Positions 10,390-22,806 of a DNA stretch of 44,494 bases are shown here, in pieces; the stretch's first letter is position 1; each line of letters starts with the position of its first letter. This stretch comes from Chiloscyllium plagiosum. Its lineage: Eukaryota. A model generated the notes under the pieces. The model did not search any database. It saw nothing but the letters and a program-made list of their open reading frames with translations, and was not told the DNA's origin. The translations under genes were made by a program, and so were the position numbers. Location: the NCBI RefSeq assembly GCF_004010195.1, contig NC_057755.1:6548184-6592677 (forward strand). Reading direction: 5' to 3'.

Positions 10390-11280
10390 GGAGCTTCTTG
10401 CAAGAAGATTCGCAGTAAGGATGCAAGGATGCCTGCCTTGAAGAAGTTCTCCTCTTCTCTCTGCAAGAATCTCAGTGAGTCTCTCTCTCACTGCAACCCC
10501 CAGGTCATCTCCTCTGCCCTTAAGCTCATCAACCATGTCCTGAAACAGACTTGCATCTTCCGCCTCGGAACACTTCAACCCCAGGGCATCAATGTGGACT
10601 TCACCGGTTTCCTCATTTCTCCTCCCCCCCACCTTACCCCAGTTCCAACCTTCCAGCTCAGCACCGTCCCCATCACCTGTCCAACCTGCCAATCTCCTTT
10701 CCCACCTATCCACTCCACCCTCCTCTCTGACCTATCACCTTCATCCCCACCCACATTCACCCATTGTACTCTTTGCTACCTTCCTCCACCCTCCTCTCTG
10801 ACCTATCACCTTCATCCCCACCCACATTCACCCATTGTACTCTTTGCTACCTTCCTCCACCCTCCTCTCTGACCTATCACCTTCATCCCCACCCACATTC
10901 ACCCATTGTACTCTTTGCTACCTTCCTCCACCCTCCTCTCTGACCTATCACCTTCATCCCCACCCACATTCACCCATTGTACTCTTTGCTACCTTCCTCC
11001 ACCCTCCTCTCTGACCTATCACCTTCATCCCCACCCACATTCACCCATTGTACTCTTTGCTACCTTCCTCCACCCTCCTCTCTGACCTATCACCTCCATC
11101 CTCACCCCATTCACTTATTGTACTCTATGCTACTTTCTCCCTCCCCCTCATTTATCTCTCCACCGTGCAGGCTCCCAGCCTCCATTCCTGATTAAGGGCT
11201 TTTGACCAGAATGTCAAATTTACTGCTCCTCGGATGCTGCCTGACCTGCTGTGCTTTTCCAGCACCACTCTAATCCAGAT
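10390..11280 (+). mobile_element. Penelope-like element 3' part (GIY-YIG C-terminus, pLTR end with decayed hammerhead)
   Basis: 'IFRLGTLQPQGINVDFT' at ~10550-10605; end 'cctgattaagggcttttgaccagaatgtc..ggatgctgcctgacctgctgtgcttttccagc'; 5' boundary uncertain. Confidence 0.75.
10712..11135. repeat. 71-bp tandem repeat (~6 copies) within the PLE 3' region
   Basis: 'tcctctctgacctatcacc' starts at 10721, 10792, 10863, 10934, 11005, 11076. Confidence 0.95.
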
Positions 11281-11282
11281 TG

Positions 11283-11600
11283 AGAGTTTTTCCGAGGACT
11301 GAAGTTTCAATTACAAGGGGGTCACAGGTTCAAGGTGAGAGGGGAGCAAGTTTAAGGGAGATGTGCGAGGGAGGTTTTTCCCACAGAGAGAGGTAGGAGC
11401 CTGGAACACACTGTGAGAAGAGGGGGTAGGAGCAGACATGTTGGTGACATTTAAGAGGCATGGACAGATGAATAGGAAGGGAAGAGAGGGTCACGGACCG
11501 AATAAAGGCAGAACGTTTGTGTTTTAGTTTAGTTTGGGCATGGTGATCAGCACAGGATTGGAGGGCCTATTCATGTTCTGTACTTCCCTTTTGTTCTTTT
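11283..11600 (+). mobile_element. CR1 LINE 3' end fragment
   Basis: 'ggtcacaggttcaaggtgaga..tttaagggagatgtgcgagg..tttaagaggc' with a ttgttc-type tail, like 4850-5160. Confidence 0.75.
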
Positions 11601-11785
11601 GATTAAGAACCTTGACTAAAATTCCGACAATACTCTGAAATCCTTTCAAGTCTAAAAAGCCTCACTTTTCTCAACATGATGTTGCACGGGCTATGTCTTG
11701 CTCATTCACTCACTGAACCAGTCAAGAGTCATACAGCATGGAAACAGATCCTTCGGTCCAACCAGTTCATGCTGAACATAATCTC

Positions 11786-12643
11786 AGAGGGAGGTGGTGG
11801 AGGATTGTTTTGCAGACTGGAGGCCTGTGCCCAGTGGAGTGCGCCAAGGATCGGTGCTGGGTTCGCTACTTTTCATCATTTACATAAATGATTTGGATGC
11901 GAGCATAAGAGGTACAGTTAGTTAGTTTGCTGATGACACCAAAATTGGAGGTGTAGTGGACAGCCAAGGAGGTTACCTCAGATTACAACAGGATCTTGAT
12001 CAGATAAGCCAATGGGCTGAGAAGTGTGAGTACAGGAGTTGGGAGATCATGTTGCGGCTGTACAGGACATTGGTTAGGCCACTTATGGAATATTGCGTGT
12101 AATTCTGGTCTCCTTCCTATCGAAAAGAAGTTGTGAAACTTGAAATGGTTCAGAAAAGATTTACAAGGATGGTGCCAGGTTGGAGGATTTGAGCTTCAGG
12201 GAAAGGCTGAACAGGCTGGGGCTGTTTTTCCTGGAGCATCGGAGGCTGAGGGACGAGCTTGTAGAGATTTATAAAATAATGAGGGACACGGATAGGATAA
12301 ATAGACAAAGTTTTTTCCCTAGGATCGGGGAGTCCAGAACTAGAGGGAATAGGTTCAGGGTGAGAGGGAAAAGATATGAGAGAGACCTAAGAGGCAACCT
12401 TTTCACTCAGAGAGTGGTACGTGAATGGAATAAGCTGCCAGAGGAAGTGGTGGAGGCTGATACAATTGCAACATTAAAGAGGCATTTGGATGGGTATATG
12501 AATAGGAAGGGTTTGGAGGAATACAGACTGGGTGCTGGCAGGTGGGACTAGATTGGGTTAGGATATCTGGTCGGCATGGACAGGTTGGACCGAAGGGTCT
12601 GTTTCCGTGCTGTACACCTCGATGATGCTATGACTCTGTGACT
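11786..12643 (+). mobile_element. CR1 LINE 3' fragment with internal deletion near 12025
   Basis: RT motif region (YINDLD..FADDTK) jumps to the C-terminal 'EDLSFRERLNRLGLF' region; tail 'ctatgactctgtgactc'. Confidence 0.88.
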
Positions 12644-12730
12644 CAAACTATACTAGTCCCACCTGCCTGCTCCTGGCCCATCTCCTTCCAAACCTTTCTT
12701 ATTCATATACCTGTCCAAATGTCTTTTAAA

Positions 12731-13497
12731 CATGATCTGGAGGTGCCGGTGTTGGACTGAGGCGTACAAAGTTAAAAATCACACAACATCAGGTTATAAT
12801 CAAACAGGTTTATTCAGAAGCATTAGCTTTCAGGGCGCTGCTCCTTCATTGGGTGGTTGTGGAGTATAAGATCATATGACACAGAATTTATAGCAAAAGC
12901 TTACTGAAATTATATATTGAAAAAGACCTGGATTGTTTGTTAAGTCTCTCATCTTTTGGAATGACCATTTTGGTTTCAATTCTTTCATATGTAAATCACA
13001 GAACTTTTCCAAAGTTACATTCTCAAGTGAACTTTATCAATTGGTGTCATGTTGGTCAGATAATGCATTAAAGCTGTGAGCTGCCCAGTGTGAGGCTGTC
13101 TGTGCCACAATGGTCAGACTGATTTCTAATCTAAACAGCGGATTTACAGAATCTAACATAGATTTGAGCAGTTTTTCAGCAAAATGTAATACTGCATGTT
13201 CAAATTCACCCCACAAACTTACACATGTGTCTGTGTGGGGGTCAGGGGGTGGGGGGAGGGGTTATGTTTGTAATTGTGAGTGTAAAGCAGTCTCAGTCTG
13301 TGAGAGGGTGCAGGTGTAGGTGTAAGTGTATGCGTGAAAGTATGAGAGAGAACATGGGTATGAGAGATGGTCTGCGTGAGTACATTGTATGTGTGTGTGC
13401 ATATATTATATATATCCCAGTTGGGGGCCATCCCCCTAGGTACTGAACTTGGCTATCAACCTCTGCTCGGCCAGTTTGCATTGTTGCCTGTTCTGAA
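12731..13497 (-). mobile_element. Penelope-like element 3' fragment (second family) with decayed hammerhead
   Basis: Minus strand 'QQCKLAEQRLIAKFST' (GIY-YIG end, ~13440-13485); 'cacccaatgaaggagcagcgccctgaaagctaatg' at ~12821-12856, homologous to 29222-29256. Confidence 0.75.
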
Positions 13498-13725
13498 ATC
13501 TTTTCAATATTGAAATTGTACCCACATCCACTACTTCGTCAAAAAGCTCATTCACCACGTGAACCACTCTCTCTGTGAAAAATTTGGCCCCTCATGCCTT
13601 TTTAAAATTTCTCTTCTTTCACCTTAAAAATGTGCCCCCGGTCTTGATATCCTCCATCCTCGGGAAAAGACAACTTCCATTAACCCTATCTATATCCCTC
13701 ATTATTTTATAAACTTCCGTCAGGT

Positions 13726-14110
13726 TTTGATTTGATTTGATTTGATTTACTGTAGCCACATAAACCTAAGTCCATTGAAAAGCCTTGTTTTGTCAGCAGT
13801 CCAGGTAGATTACAGTAAGTGAAAACATACAGATCATAAGGTGCTTAGAACAGAGAAAGACATACAAGGTTTTGGCTGCACAGGAGGGGCAAAAAGCAAG
13901 ATTAACAATGATTTGAAGCTAGGGAGGTCCATTCATCAGTCTAAGAACGGCAGGGAATAAGTTGTTCTTGAACCTGCCCGTGCGTGTGTTCAAGCTTCTG
14001 TACCGTCTGCCTGACGGAAGGGGTCGTAGGAGAGTGGGGAGGTGGGGTCTTTGATGCTGTTGGCAGCTGTTCCGTGGCAATGTGCTGTGTAAATGAACTC
14101 CATGGATGGA
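13726..14110 (-). mobile_element. Rex1/Babar-like LINE 3' end
   Basis: 'LPSGRRYRSLNTRTGRFKNNLFPAVLRLMN' and a (TCAAA)n tail. Confidence 0.7.
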
Positions 14111-14506
14111 TGATTGGCTTCTGTGATGAGCTGGACTGTGCACACAAACTTCAGCATCTATAGAATCCACCTACCAGGCCCGCTGTCAAGGAAAGGCTGC
14201 CAGCATTCTCAAAGATCCATCCCACCCTGGCAATGTTTTTCTACAACCTCTGCCATCGGGGAGAAGGTACAGAAGCCTGAACACATGCTTCAGCCGGTTT
14301 GAAAACAGTTTCTACCCTACTGTTGTTAGAATACCGAATGGATTCTCAAACTCTTAACATTTGCCTGTACCTGTGTTTTTGTTTTTGCCGCTGTTTACCT
14401 ATTATTTACTATGTACGCTACTTAACGTTGTGATCTGCCTGTATTGCTCGCAAGTCAAGGCTTTTCACTGTACCTCGGTACGTGACAATAAATTCAATTC
14501 AATTCA
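14111..14506 (+). mobile_element. Rex1/Babar-like LINE 3' end, opposite orientation
   Basis: Same C-terminal motif (degenerate) and tail 'tttcactgtacctcggtacgtgacaataaattcaattcaattca'. Confidence 0.7.
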
Positions 14507-14511
14507 GTTTC

Positions 14512-17368
14512 TTATGGTCCTGGGCAGGAGGGAGGGATTCGGATACCTGGATAATTGGGGCTCATTCTGGGGTAGGCGGGACCTCTGCAAATGGGATGGT
14601 CTCCACCTGAACCAGAGGGGTACCAAAATCCTTGGGTGGGGGGGGTGGTTGGGGGTGGGGGAAGGTTTGCTAATGCTCTTCGGGAGGATTTAAACTAATT
14701 CAGCAAGGGGATGGGAACGTAAATTGTAGTTCTAGTGCACTGGAGGTTGAGAGTAAAAATTTCATGAATAGGGTTTCAAGGTCGCAGGAGTGCACTGGCA
14801 GGCAGGAAGGTGGTTTGAAGTGTGTCTACTTCAACGCCAGGGGCATCCGGAATAAGATGGGTGAACTCGCAACATGGGTTGGTACCTGGGACTACGATGT
14901 TGTGGCCAATTCTGAGACACGGATAGAGCAGGGACAGGAATGGTTGCTGCAGGTTCTGGGGTTAGAATGTTTCAGTCAGAACAGGGAGGGTGATAAAAAG
15001 CAGGGGTGGGGGGGGGGGCGGTGAGGGTGGTGTGCGGGGAGGTGTGTGGCATTGTCAGTCAGGAGAAAGTGAGGTCTGCAGATGCTGGAGATCAGAGCTG
15101 AAAATGTGTTGCTGGAACAGCGCTGCAGGTCAGGCAGCATCCAGGGAACAGGAGAATCGACGTTTCGGGCATAAGCCCTTCTAGAAGGGTTCCAGCAACA
15201 CATTGTCAGTCAGGGACAGTATTACAGAAAGGGGCAGAAAGGACATAGGCAGCATCCAGGGAACAGGAGAATCGACGTTTCGGGCATAAGCCCTTCTGTT
15301 CCCTGGATGCTGCCTGACCTGCTGCGCTGTTCCAGCAACAGATTGTCAGTCAGGGACAGTATTACAGAAAGGGGCAGAAAGGACATTTGATGATGACTCA
15401 TCTACTGAGGTAGTATAGGCTGTGGTTAGAAACAGGAAAGGAGGGGTGACCCGACTGAGTGTTCTCTATAGGCCTACGAAAAGTTCCAGTGATGTCAAGG
15501 AAAGGATTGCAAAGATGATTGTGGTTCAGAGTGAAAGTAACAGGGTAGTTGTTATGGGGGACTTTATCATTCCCAATATTGACTGGAAATGCTATTGTTC
15601 AACTACCTTAGAAGGGTCAGTTGTTGTCCAATGTGTGTAGGAGGGGTTTCCTGACACAGTAGGCAGACAGGCCAACAAGAGGCAAGGCCACATTAGATTT
15701 GGTACTGGGTAATGAACTTGGCCAGGTGTTAGATTTGGAGGCAGATGAACATGTTGGTGACAGTGACTACAATTCAATTAAGTTTACTAAAGTGATGGAA
15801 AGGGATAGGCATATACTGCAGGGCAGGGGTTATAGCTGGGGAAAGGCAATTATGATGCGATTAGGCAAGACTGAGGATGTACAGGATGGGGAAGGAAACT
15901 CCAGGGGATGGGCACAATTGAAATGTGGAGCTTGCTCAAGGAACAGCTACTATGTGCCCTTGATAAGTATGTACCTGTCAGGCAGGGAGGAAGTGGTCGA
16001 GCACAGGAGCCGTAGTGTACTAAAAAAGTTGAAGCTCTTGTCAAGAGGAAGAAAGAGGCTTTTGTTAGGATGAGACGCAAAGGCTTAGTTGGGGGCGCTT
16101 GAGTTTTACAAGTTAGCCAGGAAGGACCTAAAGAGAGAGCTATGAAGACCCAGGAGGGGACATGAGAAGTCTTTGGCAGGTTGGATCAAGGAAAACCCAA
16201 AAGCTTTCTATTTGTATGTCAGCAATAAAAGAATGATGAGAGTAAAATTAGGGCCTGTCAAGGACAGTAGTGGGAAGGAGTCCGAAAGGATAGGAGAGGC
16301 GTTAAATGAATTTTTTTTTGTCAGTATTCATACCAGAAAAAGACAACGTAGTGAAGGAGAATACTGAGATACAGGCTATTAGACTAGACAGGATTGAGAC
16401 TCATAAGGAGGAAGTGTTAGCAATTCTGGAAAGTGTGAAAATTGATAAGTCCGCTGGGTTGGATGGGATTTATCCTAGGATTCTGTGGGAAGCTAGAGAG
16501 GAGATTGCAGAGCCTTTGGCTTTGATCTTTATGTAGTCACTGTCAACAGAAACAGTGCCAGAAGACTGTTGTCTCCTTTATTCAAGAAGGGGAGTGGCGA
16601 CAACTGTGGTAATTATAGAACTGTTGGAAAGTGTTGGAAAGGATTATAAGAGATCGGATTTATAATAATCTGGAAAGGAATAATTTGATTGGGGATAGTC
16701 AACACGGTTTTGTGAAGGGTAGGTCGTACCTCACAAACCTGAATGAGTTCTCGGAGAAGGTGACCAAACAGGTGGATAACAGTAAAGCGGTTGATGTGGT
16801 GTGTATGGATTTCAGTAAAGTATTTGATAAGCTCCCCCACGGTAACATTTTGAAGAAAATACGGAGGCATGGCATTGAGGGTGATTTAGCATTTTGGATC
16901 TGAGATTGGCAAGCTGAAAGAAGACAGATGGGAAATATTCATCCTGGAGTTCCGTTACTTATGGTGTACCGCAAGGATCAGTTTTGGGGCCACTGCTGTT
17001 TGGCATTTTTATAAATGACTGGATTGAGGGTGTAGAAGGATGAGTTAGTAAATGTGCTGATGACACTAAAATGGGTGGAGTTGTGGACAGTGTGGAAGGA
17101 TATTGCAGGTTACACAGGGACGTAGATAAACTGCAGAGCTGAGCTGGGGGGGGGGGGGTGGCAAATGGAGTTTAATGCGGAAAAGTGAGGTGATTCACTT
17201 TGGAAGGAGCAACAGGAACAAAGAGTACTGGGCTAATTGTAAGATGCTTAGTAGTGTAGATGAGAGAGAGATCTCAGTGTCCGTGTACATAGGTCCCTGA
17301 AAGTTGCGACTCAGGATGATAGGGTTGTTAAGAAGGTGAACAGTGTGTTAACTTTTATTGGAAGAGGT
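14512..17368 (+). mobile_element. CR1 LINE: end of ORF1 (SGNH esterase-like) + degraded ORF2
   Basis: 'DNWGSFWGRRDLCKWDGLHLNQRGTKIL'; ORF2 start 'LKCVYFNARGIRNK'; RT 'SQHGFVKGRS..MDFSKVFDKLPH'. Confidence 0.9.
15064..15341. mobile_element. Two rearranged Penelope-like termini with inverted segments, inside the CR1
   Basis: 'atcgacgtttcgggcataagcccttc' twice; inverted 'ggatgctgcctgacctgctgcgctgttccagc'; host flank attgtcagtcagg at 15051, 15202, 15342. Confidence 0.8.
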
Positions 17369-17423
17369 GAAAATGTGTTGCTGGAAAAGCGCAGCAGGTC
17401 AGGCAGCATCCAAGGAGCAGGAG

Positions 17424-17459
17424 AATCGACGTTTCGGGCATGAGCCCTTCTTCAGGAAT
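17424..17459 (-). ncRNA. Minimal hammerhead ribozyme motif
   Basis: Minus strand attc-CTGAAGA-A-GGGC(TCAT)GCCC-GAAA-CG-TC|gatt; helix I weak. Confidence 0.62.
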
Positions 17460-17635
17460 GAGGAAAGAGTGTCCAGCAGGCTAAGATAAAAGGTAGGGAG
17501 GAGGGACTTGGGGGAGGGGCGTTAGAAATGCGATAGGTGGAAAGAGGTCAGGTGAGGGTGATCGGCTGGAGTGGGGGTGGGGGCGGAGAGGTCAGGAAGA
17601 AGATTGCAGGTTAGGAAGGCGGTGCTGAGTTCGAG

Positions 17636-18458
17636 NNNNNNNNNNNNNNNNNNNNNNNNNNNNNNNNNNNNNNNNNNNNNNNNNNNNNNNNNNNNNNNNN
17701 NNNNNNNNNNNNNNNNNNNNNNNNNNNNNNNNNNNNNNNNNNNNNNNNNNNNNNNNNNNNNNNNNNNNNNNNNNNNNNNNNNNNNNNNNNNNNNNNNNNN
17801 NNNNNNNNNNNNNNNNNNNNNNNNNNNNNNNNNNNNNNNNNNNNNNNNNNNNNNNNNNNNNNNNNNNNNNNNNNNNNNNNNNNNNNNNNNNNNNNNNNNN
17901 NNNNNNNNNNNNNNNNNNNNNNNNNNNNNNNNNNNNNNNNNNNNNNNNNNNNNNNNNNNNNNNNNNNNNNNNNNNNNNNNNNNNNNNNNNNNNNNNNNNN
18001 NNNNNNNNNNNNNNNNNNNNNNNNNNNNNNNNNNNNNNNNNNNNNNNNNNNNNNNNNNNNNNNNNNNNNNNNNNNNNNNNNNNNNNNNNNNNNNNNNNNN
18101 NNNNNNNNNNNNNNNNNNNNNNNNNNNNNNNNNNNNNNNNNNNNNNNNNNNNNNNNNNNNNNNNNNNNNNNNNNNNNNNNNNNNNNNNNNNNNNNNNNNN
18201 NNNNNNNNNNNNNNNNNNNNNNNNNNNNNNNNNNNNNNNNNNNNNNNNNNNNNNNNNNNNNNNNNNNNNNNNNNNNNNNNNNNNNNNNNNNNNNNNNNNN
18301 NNNNNNNNNNNNNNNNNNNNNNNNNNNNNNNNNNNNNNNNNNNNNNNNNNNNNNNNNNNNNNNNNNNNNNNNNNNNNNNNNNNNNNNNNNNNNNNNNNNN
18401 NNNNNNNNNNNNNNNNNNNNNNNNNNNNNNNNNNNNNNNNNNNNNNNNNNNNNNNNNN
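17636..18458. other. Assembly gap (N run)
   Basis: Continuous N. Confidence 1.
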
Positions 18459-18675
18459 TGCGGAAGATGGACTGTTCCACATATCCTACAAAGAGGCAGG
18501 CATAGCTGGGGCCCAAGCGGGTGCCCATGGCTACTCCTTTGGTTTGGAGGAAGTGGGAGGATTGGAAAGAGAAGTCCCCAACGCCTTATCTTCACCATGG
18601 ACATCCAGTCCCTGTACACCTCCATCCCCCATCATGAAGGACTCAAAGCCCTCCGCTTCTTCCTTTCCCGCCGGG

Positions 18676-20237
18676 GAGCATTTTGGGAATAGTGACCATA
18701 ACACCACGAGTTTTAAGATACTTATGAATAGGGATAACAGGTGAAGGTGTTAAACTAGGGGAAGGTGAACTCCAACAACATTAGGCAGGAGGTGGAAATT
18801 TTGATTGGAGGCAGCTATTTTGAGTGTTAATGCACACCGGACATGTGGGGGTATTGCAAGTGGCAGTAGATAAGAGTTCAGGAGTGCCTGGGAGAATGAA
18901 GGATAGGTATGGCAAGATATGTTAACTTTGGATGACCCAGGGACGTTATGACTTTGGTCAAAAAGAAAAAGGAAGCATATGTAAAAAGGAAGAGATGGTA
19001 TCCATCTTGAAAAACATTACGGTAGATAATTCCCTGGGTCCTGGCGGGATCTTTTTCAGAATATCGAGGGAGGCAAGAGAACAAATTGCTGGAGCACTGA
19101 CAGATTTCTTTGCATCGTCTTTGGCCACAGGTGAGGTCCGAGAGGATTGGAGAATAGCCAACATAGCCCCAGTGTTTAAGAAGAGCAGGGATAATCCAGG
19201 AAATTACAGGCCTGAGAGCCTCATGTCGGCGATAGGGAAACTAGATTAGATTAGATTAGATTACTTACAGTATGGAAACAGGCCCTTCGGCCCAACAAGT
19301 CCACACCGCCCCGCCGAAGCGCAACCCACTCATACCCCTGCATTTACCCCTTACCTAAAACTACGAGCAATTTAGCGTGGCCAATTTACCTGACCTGCAC
19401 ATATTTGGACTGTGGGAGGAAACTGAAGCATCCGGAGGAAACCCACGCAGACACGGGGAGAACGTGCAAACTCCACACAGTACGTCGCCTGAGGTGGGAA
19501 TTGAACCCGGGTCTCTGGCGCTGTGAGGCAGCCGTACTAACCACTGTGCCACCGTGCCACCCACTATTGGAAAAGATTCACAGGGACAAGTTATAGGTAA
19601 ATGGACTGATTAGCAAGAGACAGTATGGTTTTGTGTGGAGGAGGACTAATTTGATCATGGCTTTTGAGGAGACAACGAAGATGATTTATGAGGGGAAAGC
19701 GGTAGACACTGTCCACATGGACTTCAATGAAGCTACTGACATGGCACAGACTGGTGCAAAAGGTGAAGTCACATGGTATCAGGGGTGAGTTAGCAACTTG
19801 GACACAGAACGTGCTTAGTCACAGGCAACAGAAGGAATGGAGGTCTGTGACTGGTAGTGTTCCACAGGGATCAGTGCTGGCACCTCTGCTGTTTGGCGTC
19901 GACATAAACAATAGCTGTTCGAATTGGGAAGTTTGCCGACGATACAAAGACTGCTGGAATTGCGGACAATGAGGAGGATTCTCAGAGGATGCAACAGAAT
20001 ATAGATCAATCGAAGGTACCGGGCAGAAAAATGGCAGATGGAGTTTAATCTGGCCAAACGTGAGGTGATGCACCTCGGAAGGTCAAGTACAGGTGGAAAT
20101 TATGCAGTGAGGGGCAAAACCCTTCGCAGTATTGCTATGCACAGGGATGTGAGGACCCAAGTTCACAGATCACTGAAGGTGTCAGCACAGGGTGAGAAAC
20201 TAGTAAAAAAGACCTGTGGCATGTTTGCCTTTGTTGG
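18676..20237 (+). mobile_element. Degraded CR1 ORF2 with internal deletions
   Basis: 'HFGNSDHN', 'EDWRIANIAPVFKK..NYRPESL', 'SVPQGSVLAPLLF'. Confidence 0.85.
19241..19562 (-). mobile_element. HE1-like V-SINE with (TCTAA)n tail, nested in the CR1
   Basis: tRNA head, V-domain and CR1-like 3' tail ending in ttaga repeats at 19241-19262. Confidence 0.9.
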
Positions 20238-20484
20238 AAGTCCCTCCTAGTGGTGTGTTCCTGGCTCCTCCCCCTTAGCTCACCCATTGCCTGACTTAAT
20301 TTTGGAGTTAGGGAATAGTTCAGTTGTTTCTGTGTGAGCTCCTGTGAATGCTCGCATTCTGAGGTCCTACCAGTGACACATACTGTTCAGTGCATGGGAG
20401 CTGCCACTAGATGGAGTCAGTTAGTCCATACAGCACTGTTGGAGCTACATCACACTCTACTGATACATGTTAGTTTGCAAGTTT

Positions 20485-20585
20485 GCGGAAGATGGATTGT
20501 TCCACATACCCTACGAAGAGGCAGGCATAGCTGGGGCCCATGCAGGTGCCCATGGCTACTCGCCTGTGCCCGAAACGTCGAATGC
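20485..20585. mobile_element. Tiny Penelope-like RT fragment (-) joined to a hammerhead 3' half (+)
   Basis: Highly similar to 18460-18536, then 'gcccgaaacgtcgaat'. Confidence 0.65.
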
Positions 20586-21514
20586 ATAGTGCTACACATG
20601 TATGGTACATATTTTAGCTTTGTGCATGGTTTTATTTAGAGTTCAAATTGTCTGCCAACTCTGACTGACCTCACACTAATTCCTATTGTAGGTATTTCTC
20701 GATGAACCTGCAAAAGTGATATACCTCAAGTAACAGTGTTTACCGTATTGCCACTTCCATTATTTCATTTATTGACCTCAATGCAAATTTGTTTGCTGTC
20801 CTATCGAATGGCCACACACAATACCAACAGTTGACAACACACACACACAGGCTCTCACACTCACACAAAGATGTCAAGTCACAGGTCAGTGTGGCATTTC
20901 ATAAATTCCTGCTGTCAGGATAAAACCAGCCTGATTCCCAGGACCAACTTTGATTTGAATTCTGAACAATGCCTCACACGCACAATGCAGCAGCTGATGT
21001 TTTGAAAATTTCTATTGCTCTGCTATCCTGAAGTTTGGAAAGAGAGCCAAACACTGTTAAAATGTAATTAGCTTAGGACAGTAGCTTTCAATAGAGTTTT
21101 GGATTAGCATCTTAATCAATCAAGACTTGCATATCCCTTCGAATAGAGATCTTTATATCCTGCCTCTGTAAAACAAACCTAACATTTCTACACAGCAGGA
21201 ATGGATGAATAAAATCAGCCTTTTAACCCAATTGTCCCTCTGCAACTACCATATTGATTTAACAAGTGTTATGTCTCCAGGATCACTGACAAAACCCATG
21301 TTGGATAGGAGAGAAAACTGTGGGGATAACCAAAGAGGCTGTGACCCGATATGGCCAGCTTCAGAGTGGGCAAGTCATTGGCAGATGGACTATAATGTGG
21401 AGAAATGTCCGTGTGCAGCACAGATTTACAAACTAATTCAGTGACGTCTCTCTCACACAAACTCGCGCGCACACACCCACACACACACACTCTCTTACAC
21501 ACACAAACTTGCAC

Positions 21515-22806
21515 ATATCATCGATAGTCACAGGTGAGGTGCCAGATGACTGGAGGTTGGTTAACGTGGTGCCAATGTTTAAGAAAGGTGGTAAGAACAA
21601 GCCAGGGAACTATAGACTGGTGAGCCTGATGTCGGTAGTGGGCAAGTTGCTGGAGGGAATCCTGAGTGACAGGATTTACATGTATTTGGAAAGGCAAGGA
21701 CTGATTAGAGACAGTCAACATGGTTTTGTGCGTGGGAAATCATGTCTCATGAACTTGATTGAGTTTTATGAAGAAGCAACAAAGAGAATTGATGAGGGCA
21801 GAGCAGTCAAAGTGATCTATATGGACTTCAGTAAGGCGCTCAACAAGGTTCCCGATGGGAGACTGATTAGCAAGGTTAGATCTCATGGAATACAGAGAAC
21901 GAGCTATTTAGATACAGAACTGGATCAAAGGTAGCAGACAGAGGGTGGTGGTGGAGGTTTGTTTTTCAGTCTGGAGGCCTGTCACCAGTGCAGTGTCACC
22001 AGTGGATCGGTGCTGGGTCCAATACTTTTCATCATTTATATAAATGATTTGGATGTGAGCACAAGGGTACAGTTAATAAGTTTGCAGATAACACCAAAAT
22101 TGGAAGTGCAGTGGACAGCAAAAAAGGTTGCCTCAGATTACAACAGGATATTGGTCAGATGAGTCAAGAGGCTGAGGAGTGGCAGATGGAGTTTAATTAA
22201 GACAAAAATTAGGTGATGTATTTTGGGAAAGCAAATCTTAGCAGGACTTATACACTTAATGGTAAGGTACAAGGGAGTGTTGTTGAACAAAAAGACCTTG
22301 GAGTGCAGGTTCAAAGCTCCTTGAAAGTGGAGTAGCAGATAGATAGGATAGTGAAGGCAGCGTTTGGTATGCTTTCCTTTACTGGTCAGAGTATTGAGTA
22401 CAGGAGTTGGGAGGTCATGTTGCGGCTGTACAGGACATTGGTTAGGCCACTGTTGGAATATTGCGTGCAATTCTGGTCTCCTTCCTACCAGAAGAATGTT
22501 GTGAAACTTGAAAGGGTTCAGAAAAGATTTACTAGGATGTTGCCAGGNNNNNNNNNNNNNNNNNNNNNNNNNNNNNNNNNNNNNNNNNNNNNNNNNNNNN
22601 NNNNNNNNNNNNNNNNNNNNNNNNNNGGGGGGGGGGGGGGGGGGGGGGTAAAATTGCAACATTTAAAAGGCATCTAGATGGGTATATGAATCGGAAGGGT
22701 TTGGAGGGATATGGGCCGGGTGCTGGCAAGTGGGACTAGATTGGGTTGGGACATCTGGTCGGCATGGACGAGTTGGAGCGAAGGGTCTGTTTCCGTGCTA
22801 TACATC
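21515..22806 (+). mobile_element. CR1 LINE 3' half (RT), contains N gap 22548-22625
   Basis: 'GEVPDDWRLVNVVPMFKKG..NYRLVSL..SQHGFVRGKSC..MDFSKA'; 'LVRPLLEYCVQFWSP'. Confidence 0.92.

Larger units (their letters stand above)
11722..13725 (-). mobile_element. Older CR1 3' fragment split by two younger insertions
   Basis: Pieces 11722-11785, 12645-12730 and ~13500-13725 are collinear with the CR1 3' end at 702-1070. Confidence 0.75.
17369..18675 (-). mobile_element. Penelope-like element spanning an assembly gap, with an inverted 5' RT piece
   Basis: pLTR end with hammerhead (17428-17455, -); RT 'AMGTRLGPSYACLFVGYVEQSIF' (-, ~18460-18535); RT 'FTMDIQSLYTSIPH' on + (~18590-18635). Confidence 0.82.

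Noticed and set aside
17522..18692. Long ORFs across the N run
   Set aside because: Artefacts of translating the assembly gap
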